Positions 1 to 13,843 of a DNA stretch of 64,000 bases are shown here, piece by piece (position 1 is the stretch's first letter; each line of letters begins with the position of its first letter). A model generated the notes under the pieces. It was not told the origin of the DNA, ran no database searches, and saw only the letters and a list, made by a program, of their open reading frames with translations. The stretch is taken from NCBI GenBank assembly GCA_903813345.2, contig CAIIXF020000001.1:6014001-6078000 (forward strand), written 5' to 3'. Source of the DNA: Owenia fusiformis (Eukaryota). The position numbers were made by a program, and so were the translations under genes.

Positions 1-566
1 GTGAAACGGAATTCAATATACAAGCTTTAAGAGCATCATTATCTCAAAATTACTTAATTCACAAGAATTATCTAGAGAGAGAGAGAGAGTAAAAGCTGTT
101 TAACACATAATGTTGTATGAAGTATGTGTTATTTATTGCCTATCTATGACACTTACTGTGATAATGTGAGGAGTATTCCCGAATCGGGATATCAAATCTG
201 ATTTATATCCAAGACTGAATTGCCATGTATACATATAGTAGTGTATTAATACAGATTTGTTGCCTACAATGCTCTCTGACATTTACTTTCATGTTGTTTA
301 GTCTCCCATTCGATATATATATAGATATATCCGATGAATTGTATGTCTGTAATAAGAATGGGTACATCCTTTGTTTTTACAAATATTCATTTCCATGAGA
401 GAATCTTAAAGACATTCATCATATGCAAATATCATTATCTCTAAGGTCATGATGTTGTTACTTATACTTCTTAGAGTCTAGATCAACAATAACAACAGCC
501 AGCAATCCTCTTTATCCTTCACAGCTCTACATGTACATTGGAAGTATAAAGTAATATGAGCATGCT

Positions 567-964
567 CACTGGTACTCACCTAGTTTCACTGACGACACGT
601 CAGCGTAACAAGATGGAAGAACTTCTGGGCTTCGTTTTCGGTAAGATATTTTTATTTATCGATTCCACACCACTTACGAGTCAAGTTATGGATAATAATT
701 TGGCTCAAAGTTAAGGAAGATAGTGTAGTTTGAGAATATGCAGGTGTTTCTATGTTTGGTATATTGACAAAGATGCAATTCAAATATTTAGTCCTTCGCT
801 TTTGTTACGTTGACGATCTCCATGAACATTGTCACATTGGCAATATTATTGTCCACAACTTGACTTATAAGTGGTGTAGAATCGATAAATAAAAATATCT
901 TACCGAAAACGAAGCCTGGAAGTTCTTCCATCTTGTTACGCTGACGTATAGGTGAGTACCAGTG
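567..964. mobile_element. Palindromic MITE with CACTG...CAGTG termini and 5-bp TSD (Transib-like, non-autonomous)
   Basis: Arms ~567-700 and ~855-964 are long inverted repeats (cactggtactcaccta / taggtgagtaccagtg). ATGCT is duplicated at 562-566 and 965-969. A related copy lies at 32191-32717. Confidence 0.85.
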
Positions 965-1349
965 ATGCTACCTATACTCCAGCACTGCCATTCTATATAC
1001 AGTATTTGTATAATTCCCCAGGTAAAAATCATCATCTGTATCATCTAAATCATCCTGTATTTGTTAAAATTTCATCCTTAAAACTGTAAACAAAAAATAT
1101 TAAGTTCAGTTATTTTGACCGATGTAGTTTTTTTCTAAGAGATAATGGTGATGCATTTCTGTATTGGAGACTAGATATGAGATACAAGATCAATGTTGTT
1201 ATTAAATTACATGGAAGTTATAAAAGTATATATTTTATTTAATAGACCTATCCAGGGGGTGAGAGTCAACCTTTAAATTCATTCTGATCTGATTCATTGC
1301 CATAATATCATGATGTGATTTCATCCTTAACACAACCAGCAATGCATTT

Positions 1350-1851
1350 CAGGGCTTGCATTAACGGCGTCCCGTACATGTTAAGGACTCAAAAATAATT
1401 TGGAAATATTTCCGTTTTTTGGACGCAAAATTTTTTTTAGGTCACATACTACAATGTGTTTACAACGATACCTAACAAAAACAAATAATTATGATCTCTC
1501 ACCTTTATTTGAATCGTAAATAAGGCTCAACATGTTGAATAATTACAAATAATCATGATTCTCTCGAATTTTTTCGACCTTGTTTATTTTTAGATTTGAA
1601 ACCATGACACGCAACAGTTTTTCCTATTCAGAAACAAATATTAGGTTTTTCATGAAATGAAATGTATTCATTGTCGAATGAACGAACATGCATTTATTCA
1701 GTCCGTACTTAACGTTTACTTCCATTTTAAATTCGCGGCAAGAAATCAAAAACTGAAAAATAAGGGACACACTTTTTTTTCAAAGGACACACTTTTTAAA
1801 AAAAATTGCGTCCTTGGGACTCACAAATTTTCTAACCTAATGCAAGCGCTG
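1350..1851. mobile_element. MITE, TIR CAGGGCTTGCATTA, 5-bp TSD
   Basis: cagggcttgcatta ... taatgcaagcgctg; CATTT flanks both ends (1345-1349, 1852-1856). Confidence 0.7.
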
Positions 1852-1959
1852 CATTTTGTGGTCAATAGTTTGATAGTCAATTGGCCACACTTTCAACAAA
1901 TGTTATCAAGTATTTCAAATAAGGTACAATGTACAAATAAGGCAAATTTCCTGAATTAA

Positions 1960-4061
1960 GGTAGTTATTTACATGGCTCCATACTATAATTAGGAGCAAT
2001 GATTTGATGAGTGTTCAGCTTCAAGGTGGAGATAGGTAACACATTGCAGCCAGGTGAAGCTGTTCAAAACGATGCTGCAATGCAGACCAAAATGGAGGCA
2101 ACTCCGACTATCGAGCTACTTCGTCTTTCATTTCCTCAAAATATAGGTATGATTTTGAAAACTCATGCTTCACATTCGGTGAACCACTGGACAATCCCTC
2201 AAGCTATGTTAATCCATAGAAACTTCTGATCAGGCATTTACCAGTGCAGTATGAAGAAATAGTCAACAGAAATGATGATTTCCTGATCCTATTTTGTAGA
2301 ACTGTCTTCTAATACCAATTTAGGTGGTATTTTGCCACTCATGAGCAAATCTGCTAACAAAATTGAACTCGCCGGAAACATGGCACAGTCTTTTTCTGCA
2401 ATATGGCAATGAGTCAACAGCATAGATTACGTTGTCTGGCAACATGGCCCAGGTACCTACTTTCTCTGAATTGTAAAGTACAACAGGGCAGGTCAACAAC
2501 CCCATATCCTGAAAAATATCAGATATAATATGCTTTGATTATGTAATTATCGTACAAGATAGAACATCGGCGTCATTGCTGTCACCTCATTTCCATTTTT
2601 TGTCAATTACGTATGATGTCTGAACCCTTGTTGCCATATTGTGCTCACTGTGTTTCCAAAATATGCTTGGTATGCGACCCAGAATAGGTTAACAGGAGGC
2701 AAACAGTGATCACATTTTTGAAGATATATAGATTGCCATGGTGTTTATATGATTTTATAGACATGTGCTCAGCAACAAGTCAGAAACACAGAATTGAAGC
2801 TAGAAAGATGCCCTGATTGTCAAACTTCTGAATATGAATGACTTTGTGTTCCCAGATTATATTTCCCCGATTGACTAACTTTCAAGAAGCTTCACACAGA
2901 CATACTTTGTAACGTTCTTCACTGAATGGTGTATGCTATAATAACTATAGGATACTCAAACTGTTGTAAGTACCTTATAAATAAACTTACCACCAATTCA
3001 AAGGTTTCTTAAGCAGCCATTTTGTGTCTTTACCGCGTTGCAGCCTTGTTTGGACAGACACACGTTACCTATCTCCACCTTGAGCTTTAGGACATTTAAA
3101 TTCCTTGACATTACACTTTTGAAGAATGAGTCTTTTACTTTATATTGATACATAATTTTTATGGATTTAATCTATAACTTAGATGGGAGTAAGTGGTTAC
3201 CAGTTTCACCACCAGGTGGCTAATTTGGGTCAGATAACTTGGCAGGTATATAGAAAGTTCCCTTAAACTTGAATATCCATCAGTTTTAGTTGTTCAATTA
3301 TCATATTTCCAAAACGCCCCGCAGAGTCTATGACTACTGATAAGGTGTATTGATCCAATGGGGCATTTTGGAAGAGAACGGGGCATTTTGATCAATTTCG
3401 AACAGATGCATAGGACTTTTGGAAATTGCTGCGTTTAATGTAATAAATATGTTGATGCAGCGATGGAGGGTTGTAATGGGAGTCCTTGCGCAGAATATGG
3501 GGGAGAGTGATAGAAGAACTGGCGAGATATCAAGGATTGTGGTTGAAATCTCTAAGGATTTGCAACTTCTCACATCTAGGGACCAAAACACCGCTAAAAC
3601 GAGGGACTTTGTAAACAAAAGCAATGTCTCGAGTGAAAGGTATTTCTGTGAAGGTTTTAATGGAACAAGTTTGAAGAAAAACGGTGTACTGTGAGACTCA
3701 CAATCATTGATTTTCCAAAGAAAGGGTAGTTTTGAAATTCAAATTAATGGTTTTTAGGGGCGTTTTGGTTTCGATACGCCCGGTGAGTTAGTACCGCGTG
3801 AGTGTGCAAAAACTCAAAAATTCTCTCCTTCAGTTTTTGAGATAATCTGACTCTTAATCCCATACTATCCTATTCCCTTACTTTAGGATCAAAATGTTTT
3901 CTAGATTTAGTAAAGAAGTTGTTAATACCAACTTTTTGTTTGATTATGAAGCAATATTATGTCATGGTTATCTAATATAAAGATATATATAACTTGATCT
4001 GACACATCAATATGTACACTTATTGAAAAGTCATTTTTAGGCTATTGGGTAAACAACTACC
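1960..4061. mobile_element. Kolobok-like non-autonomous element (TTAA TSD, GG termini) containing nested TIR elements
   Basis: ttaa|ggtagttatttac ... gtaaacaactacc|ttaa; the same terminal motif occurs at 41129-41317. Confidence 0.55.
2025..3080. mobile_element. Nested TIR element (GGTGGAGATAGGTAAC)
   Basis: tcaaggtggagataggtaac (2021-2040) is the reverse complement of gttacctatctccaccttga (3064-3083). Confidence 0.55.
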
Positions 4062-4836
4062 TTAATATAAGAAGATCTGAGAGCATGTCACATATTCACT
4101 GTAATTAATTGCAAGCCATGCTTCCATTTGTTCCTAATACCATTCTCCTTGACACATGCAGAATATGCTGTATTCATAAATAGCTAATTCATTTTTTCTC
4201 TCTCGCTGTTAATAATTTAGCTAATTACTGTTCCAGGGTAATATTTCCTAAGAGCAATATGTAATTACAGGCCTCAAAGTAATCAAAGGAAAGGGAATTA
4301 GGAATCTTCAAAACAGTGTAGAATAATCCAGAACTAATAATAGAAGATCATTTTACAATGTTGCCTTTGTTTCCCTATTAACTTATCTATATGAGGTTTA
4401 CTCTTTAACAGACCTCTGTGGTTTGTTGTAACTTGGCCCCAAGGTATGGCCTTTACATGACATATAATACATGTATATGGTATATACATGTACTGCATGT
4501 TAATTAAAAATGGTAAAAAGCTGAAAAGTTTGTGTCCATAATCATTAATAACGGATAACATTCATGCATGTGTTAATCCATCTGTCTGTCATTCGGTCTG
4601 TCTACAATTTTCAGACAAATGAAAATTGCTATTCATCTGAAACAATGCTTATATCCATGGGGATCTCAGATGCTGGTAAAAAATAGGAATATATTGTAGT
4701 GAAGTCCTTTATCCATCAGACAAGAATATATTTTAAGATTACTTATTTTAAATGGATTTTTTAGCATTGACTGAAATCTAATTAAACACTAATAAAACAA
4801 TACCAGGATGTTTCTGATGTATGAAAAGAAATCAAA

Positions 4837-5300
4837 TAAAGGAGGGGGAGTTGTTTGTAGAATGAATTGGGGGAGTTTTTCATGCATTTTGTTCATGTTT
4901 TTCATATAAAAAACATCAATACACTTTAAACATGTTAAAACATTTTATTGACTAAGATTGCACCACATATTCCCAAAAATATTTCTCATTTTGAAGGATT
5001 ATCTATGGATTAACACCCAGGTATTTTTTTAACTTCAGAGGGCTGGGAATCATTGATAAGCAACGCTTTTGAATAATATAAATGCTTTTCTTGGAGGAAT
5101 TTCCCATGTAAATCCAATGGTGTGGTTCCAAGCAGATTTTGAGATAACAGGAAGGTAAATCTTTAATACATACCTTATTGGGTTGTTTTTGTTTATATTG
5201 CAACCCAATACTGCATTGATGTTTATTACATAAAAAACATAAGCGAAATGCATGAAAAAATTCCCCCAATTCATTCTACAAACAACTCTCCCTCCTTTAA
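4837..5300. mobile_element. MITE with ~85-bp imperfect TIRs (Kolobok-like TTAA ends)
   Basis: taaaggagggggagttgtttgtagaatgaattggggga... mirrors ...tcccccaattcattctacaaacaactctccctcctttaa. Confidence 0.7.
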
Positions 5301-6019
5301 TTGAAATATGATTAGTTTATTTACTATGGGTATAATCACAATATTCAGTGAACCATTTGCTATACAGATAATTAGAAATAGATAAATAGATGGCAGCACA
5401 TGTTTTGGTGAGGCCAGAATACTATTCATAATATGGAGACAACTGGCAAAAATCACTTAATTTTTTGTGTATTTCTATTGGGATTTAAGTTAAACTCATT
5501 TGGCATGTAACTTATTTGTATGATCTTGTTGACATGTCGATTGTGATTTAATATTAAAATTGTGAACCTTAAAGAGTAAATGAACTTTTAGAAAACTGGA
5601 AATTTGAATAAAGATGAATAAAGGAAGAAATCAAAGTTGTTTTAATAGAAAATTACATACAAAATTAAAATATGACATCAAAAAGTTTGATCTGTAATGG
5701 TTAAATAAGCAGATCCCCCAAAATCTCATTAAAACAAGATTTCAAAACGATCTAGCAAACCATCTATTGAATAATGTTCACAAAGAGGACAGGAAAATGT
5801 TATGTAAATAAAGTTGTTTTTCATTCATGAAATGTTCAAAATGATAAATGGTTTGTAATTGATAAAATTGATAAATGTGTTTGTTCAGGGAATTTGCTAC
5901 ACAAGAGAGATTATTATTTTTCTAGAGTCAACTACTTATATCACAGGGATAGACTAATAGAGTAAATATACATACACATAAATTGTGTTTTGCATTTTTA
6001 TGTATCTTGTGTTTTACAG

Positions 6020-6077
6020 CTGAGGTGCAGGCTTACAATGAAAAGAAAGCTGAGCTTGAAGCTAAAGGTGAACAAAT
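6020..6077 (+). CDS. USP5: Ubiquitin carboxyl-terminal hydrolase 5/13, internal exon (first visible; gene starts upstream of window)
   Basis: tttacag|CT GAG GTG...CAA AT|gtgagt; AEVQAYNEKKAELEAKGEQI; phase matches the next exon. Confidence 0.85.
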
Positions 6078-6245
6078 GTGAGTAAAAGCTTTGACATTTC
6101 TTTTATTTCTATTATCATCTGACAGTCACTCATATTTAAATATATATATATATATTCAGTGGGATAACAATATGGTATACCTGGTATAAATATATTGTTT
6201 CATAAGTTATTTCACATTTATCATCATTAATCTCATTGCATATTG

Positions 6246-6850
6246 TTATCCCACTGAATGTAGGTTGTAAGGGGTATAGAGAAGCTACCTGTCCATCCGT
6301 TTGTCTGTCTGTCCATCCGTTTGTTCATTTGTCTGTCCAGTCGATAACTCAAATACCAATTGACGGATTTGGTTCAAATTTTACAGGCTGATGCCTTATG
6401 AGCATAGGATCTTTGCTCAAGAAGGAATAATCAATATGCTGCTAAATCCAAAATGCCTACTTTTTTTCGTAAACATGTTATTGGGACAAGGAATTTTCAA
6501 GATGGCCTCTGAATTTCTAAATACCTCCCATTTTTTATGTAAAATGTAACATTTTGGTAATTGAAGTACAGTTTATAGAATTTGGTCCAAAGTTTATTGG
6601 AGTATGTCTTGTGGGCTATTACTACCTCTGCATGAAAGCATCAACAATATACATAGTAGATGCTCATGTTAAAATAGCCACCATTTTTTGTAAAAATGCA
6701 ATGTTTGATACTAATCTAGTAACTCAAATACTATATCTAGTAAATAGATTTGGTTCAAGATTTTATATGCTGAAGCCTTATGGACATAGGGCTCTGTCCA
6801 AGATGTAATTTTCAAGATGACTGCACAATCAAAAATGGCCATTATTTTTT
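6246..6850 (-). mobile_element. Helentron-associated (HINE/pearl-like) non-autonomous element
   Basis: Terminal stem-loop ttatcccac...ggggtatag, (CTGT/CCGT)n microsatellite, and internal subrepeats (gatttggttcaaattttacaggctg). Relatives at ~14420-14870 and ~21990-22135. Confidence 0.5.
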
Positions 6851-7509
6851 CATTAGAATATATTCTTTAGGTTTTTTGATAATTCAATTTTCACATTTGA
6901 TTCCAAAGGATCCGTACCCATTAGTGTACCTATAAGGACTTAGAAATTTACTGAAAATGGTAAAATGAAATTCCATAATTATTTTATATAATATGAATCT
7001 TTAAGAAATGTATTTTCAACAAATCACAAAAATAATATTTGAAATATGGTAAAAAGTTGTGTTTTACAGTGATTCTTAACACATCATTCTGACTCTTAAA
7101 CTGAGTAATTTTCACACATTTTCACAAAATCTTGATTTTTGTAGATAAACTTAAATTGACTTGTCAGTATAAAACTACAATGTGTCAGAACATACTAAGC
7201 TTTACTTTGCTGATCAGTCATGCAGAGATAGTTCGTAATCCTATTGTTGTGAAAGGCACCCTATTGTGGTTTTCTTTTTAACAATGAATGACCTTCTCCA
7301 GTCACTTACAGATTGAGGTGCTTCCGCAGGTCAGACCCCCTTTGATTTTACCTTAATTGTTTAGTATTGACATTATTGCATATTTCAAACATGAAATAAG
7401 AGATGGTCTTGACTGCGGAAGATACACAATGTGAAAGTATAGCAAAAATTTAGTTTCAAAAAGGAGGCCATATTGGATCTGCCAGACAAGTATCAAATGT
7501 GTTAATCGA

Positions 7510-8050
7510 TTTTTGATTTATCAGTCAAGCCTGCCTCTGAAGATGATGTGTTGAAGAGACACTGAATTAATATCCATTTAGCCATTAAAGGGAAATAAAA
7601 TATTTTAAATAGAGAATCAAAAGAGTCAATCTACTCTTGATTCATCAGTCATGCCTACCTCTGGAAATGAAATGTTGAAGAGACATTGAATTGGTATCCA
7701 TTTAGCCATTAAAGGGGCACTGCTTTAAAGGTAGTTCTCACCCCAAAAAAACAAATGAGTCAATCTACTTTTGATCCATCATTCATGCCTGCCCCTGAAG
7801 ATTGTATATTGCAGAGGGACTGAATCAATATCCATTTAGCCATTTAGAGGAACACTTTTTGTAAGATAGTTCTCATCTTAATGAACACTAAAATATTTTT
7901 AACAAAGGAACTTATGGGTCAATCTACTTTTGATCCATTATTCAAGCCTGCCCCTGAAGATGATATATTGCAGAGGGACTGAATCAATATCCCTTTAGCC
8001 ATTTAAAGGGACACTGTTTGTAAGATAGATCTCACCCAAAGAAACTAATG
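7510..8050 (+). repeat. Degenerate tandem repeat, ~4 copies of a 125-175 bp unit
   Basis: Recurrent gcctgcccctgaagatga...gactgaatcaatatccatttagccatt at ~7529, 7653, 7787 and 7946. Confidence 0.75.
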
Positions 8051-9118
8051 GGCACAACTAGATTTTTAACATTTGAGCTGAATACCTAGGTTTTGTTTTT
8101 TCAATATGTTGCCCTTTGTGTCATACCTTGAATAATGATGTTTTGATATACATTGAAAACTGTGTATACTGAGCATCTGTGAAGCCACAAAAGTCAGTAT
8201 GTGGTCAGGAAGGGTGTCTGTTAGAGACAGGTGTTCACTAGAGAAAGGTGTTCACTAAGACAGATTTTACTGTATTGTCTAAATTGAATGCCTAGATAAA
8301 ACTTTACTGTATACCAACTTAACTGAGGGGATCATGGTACTATTGCTGAGAACACCTTAATTAAAATTCATTGATATTACATTTTGAGGGGTTATTTTGT
8401 TGATTGTGTTTTCAATGTGTTGCCCTTTGTGTCATGAGTGGAGACTGAGATACCCCTGAAATGATATTCAGAATAATTTGCATGGTCAAACTTAAATGCA
8501 CTGGACAACCTTAGTTTTAATCTCAATGACCTAATTTCATTTTGGATATGTTATTTTCAATGATTTTTCATTGATTGAATGGTCATCATACTTAATATAG
8601 TCCAGAGTGAAGACTAAGATACTCCTAAAATAATATCATTTAGAATGATTTGCATAGTCAAACTTAAATGCCCTGAATGACCTCAGTTTTAATCCCAATA
8701 AATGACCTAATTTTGTTTTGGATATGTTCAAAATTGATAAAAGTAACTATTTCTATGTTACTTTCAATGAAACCTTCGAGGGCATCTACTGGTGTACGAC
8801 TCTGCTCAAGAAGGAATGATGAATTCGAATTCTGACAACACAAATTAAGAAATATGTGACAGACACATTATAAATGATACCAAATTCAAATTGGTATCTT
8901 AAGTCAACATATGTTGGATCCTAATTCACAGTAGTAACTAAAGGTTATGCTGCCAGAATTGTGTATGATAATGAGCATTCTAGTCATGCAATGTAACAAT
9001 GTAGAATGCTTCTTCTTACTAAGCATCCGTATTATGTTATCTGGGATAAAATGCCTGTATGCGTAATGGAACATTGTTGATTAATATGGTAAACATGGAT
9101 GTATCATTTATTTTGTAG

Positions 9119-9241
9119 AAATGTAAAGGAGATGGTCCGGCCCAGGATAGCATTGTCTGCTTGCTTACAGACTTTCCTCGAACCCGAAAATATTGATGAT
9201 TTTTACAGTTCTGCAATAAATACAAAAACAACTGCTCAAAA
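9119..9241 (+). CDS. USP5: USP5/13 exon
   Basis: ttgtag|...NVKEMVRPRIALSACLQTFLEPENIDDFYSSAINTKTTAQK|gtaagt. Confidence 0.92.
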
Positions 9242-10030
9242 GTAAGTGAACATAAATGTGTAATAAATAATAGCCAACAGGATCCTCACTAATCCACAGC
9301 AGGAATTCAAACTATTCATGTAAACGTGTAAAGTTCTGATTGTTAACAACTACCGAGAAATGAAATCTTTGAAATAAAGGAAACTTTAAGAGAACAGCTT
9401 TGCTGGGGATGATATTCAGTCAAATTACATTTTTTGGCAATGATATTATACTAACTAGATGTATTTGGAAAGAATATAAATTCAATGATGAATTGCACTT
9501 ATAATTTTAAGTTAGTATTATTATCATCCATTGAGTAATTCTAAGTGAATCTGCTTTATTTTGAATTTCAAAATAGTTTTCAAATAGAAATGTACCAAGA
9601 AAGTTTGTATCTTCTAAAAGACTTAATAATGGGATAAATACTAACTGACTAATATTATAATGGAAATGCTTGGAGTTAAGTGCAAAGTGCATTCATTATG
9701 CACAGAAATTGGATTTGTTTAGGAGTGCTTCACATATATAAAATGTTGACATTCTGATTCTGTCCCTCAGGAAATCCTAAATTGCTGCCTGATAATGGAT
9801 ATCTGCATTTATTTCAAAACTATTGTTCTGATATTGCCTACAAATTTGTGCTCTTTGAAATTCAAATCTTATTCAATATTCCAATAAAATGTTTTCAAAC
9901 ATACGAGTCGTATATACTGTATATTTCTTTTTTAAATTTGCAGTACACCGTGGAGTTTCTGTTTTTTAGTTCTTCAATTTTTGAGTATGCATGGCGAAAT
10001 AAAGTTAATCAAAATATAACTTCTTTTCAG

Positions 10031-10119
10031 AACAACAAAATTAGCCTCATTTCCAGACTACTTATTAGTGCAAATGAAAAAGTTTACAATAGGTGATGAT
10101 TGGGTTCCAAAGAAACTTG
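10031..10119 (+). CDS. USP5: USP5/13 exon
   Basis: ttttcag|...[29 protein letters not shown]|gtaagt, a characteristic USP5 segment. Confidence 0.95.
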
Positions 10120-10437
10120 GTAAGTTTACAATATGGGTTGATAAGTTACCTAGAAAAACATGATTCTATAGGATAAATATAAATATTCATTAGTTGTGTT
10201 TTTGTTATCTTGTCATTTTGTGTTCGTATTTGTTTTCATGCATCTCATTATATATAATGTCTCAGGTGCGTTACATATATTAATTGTATGTTAAAACAAT
10301 TTGAATCTCTAACCCAAGCTGGCATCGGCCAATAAGTAGTATTTTCTCAAATCATATATGAGCAACATTTACGTAAATTATGAGACCCAACCAGTAGTAC
10401 TGAAATAATGAACATTTCTTTTTTTGCTTTATTTTAG

Positions 10438-10551
10438 ATGTGTCCCTAGACATACCCGATGAGCTAGATCTGAGTAGCAGCAGGGGTAGTGGACTAGCCC
10501 CAGGGGAGGAGCTTCTCCCAGAGGCAGAGGTATCTGCGGAAGAACCCCCAG
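10438..10551 (+). CDS. USP5: USP5/13 exon
   Basis: ttttag|DVSLDIPDELDLSSSRGSGLAPGEELLPE...; the donor (gtctcc) is weak and was chosen by phase. Confidence 0.85.
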
Positions 10552-10965
10552 GTCTCCTGTTATGCATATATACCTTCACACTTGCAATTTGACCTACTTT
10601 TGCTTTTGCTTATTGAACTATTTTTGAAAAGTGAAAGCAGAAATATGATGTAAATTGGATTGAGGTTCGCTTTACCAATCAAGGAAGTACAGTGTCATAT
10701 TCATATAGTTTTTGGCTAAACTAGGCCTACATGTTTATGTTTTGAGAGAGGTTTAATGCATCCTCATCCTGCCTTGTAAGACAATATTACTTGCGAAACT
10801 ATTTTTCATTTATTAAATCTAAATGACATGTAAATACCAATTCCTCTACTAAAATGATGAAGTTTCAAACTATTATTATTGGATTAAAGCATTTATTGCA
10901 TCGTGCATAGCATCTATTTCATCACATGGCAGTTGTTTTATAATAATTGTGTTTTTATTATTCAG

Positions 10966-11109
10966 CTGTGCAGATAGATGAGGCAGTGGTGAGTCAGCTA
11001 GCAGATATGGGCTTTGCAGTGGAAGGTTGCAAAAGAGCTGTGTTCCATACCAACAATACAGGTGTTGAAGCAGCTATGAACTGGGTCATGGAACATATGG
11101 GAGATCCAG
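10966..11109 (+). CDS. USP5: USP5/13 exon, UBA1 domain
   Basis: ttcag|AVQIDEAVVSQLADMGFAVEGCKRAVFHTNNTGVEAAMNWVMEHMGDP|gtgaga; contains the UBA MGF motif. Confidence 0.95.
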
Positions 11110-12060
11110 GTGAGATATTCATGGTTCATTGTTATAAGAGCTGTATTCCATACCAACAATACAGGTGTTGAAGCAGCTATGAACTGGGTCATGGAACATA
11201 TGGGAGATCCAGGTGAGATATTCATGGTTCATTGTTATAAGAGCTGTATTCCATACCAACAATACGGGTGTTGAAGCAGCTATGAACTGGGTCATGGAAC
11301 ATATGGGAGATCCAGGTGAGATATTCATGGTTCATTGTTATAAGAGCTGTATTCCATACCAACAATACAGGTGTTGAAGCAGCTATGAACTGGGTCATGG
11401 AACATATGGGAGATCCAGGTGAGATATTCATGGTTCATTGTTATAAGAGCTGTATTCCATACCAACAATACAGGTGTTGAAGCAGCTATGAACTGGGTCA
11501 TGGAATATATGGGAGATCCAGGTGAGATATTCATGGTTCATTGTTATAAGAGCTGTATTCCATACCAACAATACGGGTGTTGAAGCAGCTATGAACTAGG
11601 TCATGGAACATATGGGAGATCCAGGTGAGATATTCATGGTTCATTGTTATAAGAGCTGTATTCCATACCAACAATACAGGTGTTGAAGCAGCTATGAACT
11701 TGGTCATGGAACATATGGGAGATCCAGGTGAGATATTCATGTTTCATTGTTATAAGAGCTGTATTCCATACCAACAATACAGGTGTTGAAGCAGCTATGA
11801 ACTTGGTCATGGAACATATGGGAGATCCAGGTGAGATATTCATGTTTCATTGTTATAAGAGCTGTATTCCATACCAACAATACAGGTGTTGAAGCAGCTA
11901 TGAACTGGGTCATGGAACATATGGGAGATCCAGGTGAGATATTCATGTTTCATTGTTATAAGAGCTGTATTCCATACCAACAATACAGGTGTTGAAGCAG
12001 CTATGAACTTGGTCATGGAACATATGGGAGATCCAGGTGAGATATTCATGGTTCATTGTT
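11033..12060 (+). repeat. 10 x 103-bp tandem repeat made of the exon 3' end, the splice donor and 26 bp of intron
   Basis: Unit aagagctgtattccatacc...gatccag|gtgagatattcatggttcattgttat; period 103; copies near-identical. Confidence 0.97.
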
Positions 12061-12470
12061 TCAGACACCTTTAAATCAAGCTCTCAAAATCTATGCTCCC
12101 CTGAATGTGCAGTAAACTTGATATAGTAATAGAATCTCCTTTTACCTCTACACTTATATCAAATATTGGTGTAGAATGTTTCTTGTATCTCTCATGCTGT
12201 GAAGGCACAAACTAATGGCATAGATTTGCCAGACCACTAGAATACATAACCTATTTTTTGCCACTCTCCTAGATATGAGCTCATACAGTGTATAAGCTGT
12301 GCTGTGTATTGAGGCTGCGAAATAGTTTGTCTACCAGTACTAAGTATTGGCTAATATAATCTGGGTTATATATCCAGGTTGATCAACTGAACACAGAATA
12401 AAAATTAATTTAACTCCGCATGAATTCAGTACAAGTAATTACATTTTTTTGCTTTATTTCTTTTACCTAG

Positions 12471-12610
12471 ATTTTGCTGCACCTTTCCAAGTCCCTGGCA
12501 CCAAAGGAGCCAAGGCTTCAAGTGGCGTTGTTGTCAATGAGGAGGGTGTTGGTATGGTGATGTCTATGGGCTTTACTGCAGAGCAGGCAACCAAGGCGCT
12601 CCAATCAACT
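12471..12610 (+). CDS. USP5: USP5/13 exon, UBA2 start
   Basis: cctag|DFAAPFQVPG...VMSMGFTAEQATKALQST|gtgagt. Confidence 0.95.
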
Positions 12611-12829
12611 GTGAGTAATGCATTCAAACCAACAAGAAAACAATCTCATCATATTCAATAATCCAAATCAGTTAAGCTATTAAAGCATGACAAAATTAAA
12701 ATAAAATTAAACATTTCTAGAAAACAAAAAAAATTCAAATTTTGCTTTGGGTTTCTTAGCAAACATGTGCTCGTGTTTGTTTATCTTTCCATATCCTGCA
12801 ATGATTGGCATACAATTCACTGGATTTGT

Positions 12830-12998
12830 ATCACAATTCACTGAGTTTGAATTAAAATTCACTGGGTTCGCAATACAATTTACTGGGTTTGTATTACAAT
12901 TAATTTGGTTTTGCATTACAATTCACTGGGTTCATATTACAATTCACTGAGTTTGAATTACAATTCGCTGGGTTTTGTATTACAATTCACTGGGTTTT
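12830..12998 (+). repeat. ~21-22 bp minisatellite (tacaattcactgggtttgtat), ~8 copies
   Basis: Direct inspection. Confidence 0.85.
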
Positions 12999-13170
12999 GG
13001 ACCCGTGCGATATCGTCCATTCTTGATTCCCTTTGATATAATGTTTCTTTAACTCATCTTTGACTTAATAAAAAAGAGTTATCAAAGCTCATCTACAAGA
13101 ACCCCCCTCTCTCTCTCTCAATATGTTTTACAATTTACTGAGTCTGTATAAAATATCTAATTGTCTTCAG

Positions 13171-13309
13171 GATAACAATGTAGAGAGGGCAATAGACTGG
13201 ATATTCAGCCATGCAGATGAGCTAGATACACCCATGGAGACTGAGCCATCTGTTGCTGCCCAAGCTAATGTTCCTGATGCTGGGCCTAAGTGCAGAGATG
13301 GACCTGGCA
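13171..13309 (+). CDS. USP5: USP5/13 exon
   Basis: ttcag|DNNVERAIDWIFSH...RDGPG|gtgagt. Confidence 0.95.
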
Positions 13310-13670
13310 GTGAGTATCAGAGAATGACAATAAATCTCTGTTATTTAGCATAGGCATTCTGATCATATGAAATGAAAGGATAACAGGACACATGTCTCTG
13401 TAATAATTAACAACACTGGACATCATCCTGAATGATTAGTTGGTCATTTGCACAAAACAATTTATATATTAGCATGATAGAATTCGTATTCTTGAGCCTG
13501 TTTTACTCCCCAGACCAATACATCTATGACAAAGATTCTGTAGATTAAATTATTCATCAAATGTTCAAGATATGATTAAAGTCCATAATACATGTACATG
13601 TTAAACATTTCCCCTTGAGTGGTCCTTTTCCCTAATGATTGTTTTTAATATTTGTTCTGTTGCATTTTAG

Positions 13671-13843
13671 AATATAAGCTGGTTGCCTTCATAAGTCACA
13701 TGGGAACATCAACACAAGTTGGACACTATGTATGCCATATCTTAAAAGATGGACGCTGGGTGATATTTAATGATGAAAAAGTAGCACTCTCAGAAAAACC
13801 ACCAAAAGATCTTGCATATATTTATGTCTACCAGAGACAATAG
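13671..13843 (+). CDS. USP5: USP5/13 last exon, His box
   Basis: [38 protein letters not shown]...YQRQ*; catalytic His and ND motifs of the USP family. Confidence 0.97.

Noticed and set aside
2230-2510. Possible decayed transposon ORF inside the nested Kolobok-like element
   Set aside because: Too degenerate to assign without a search.
10998-12049. Series of near-identical 69-aa minus-strand ORFs; also a superficial CRISPR-like periodicity
   Set aside because: These are antisense by-products of the 103-bp tandem repeat. There are no unique spacers and the context is eukaryotic.
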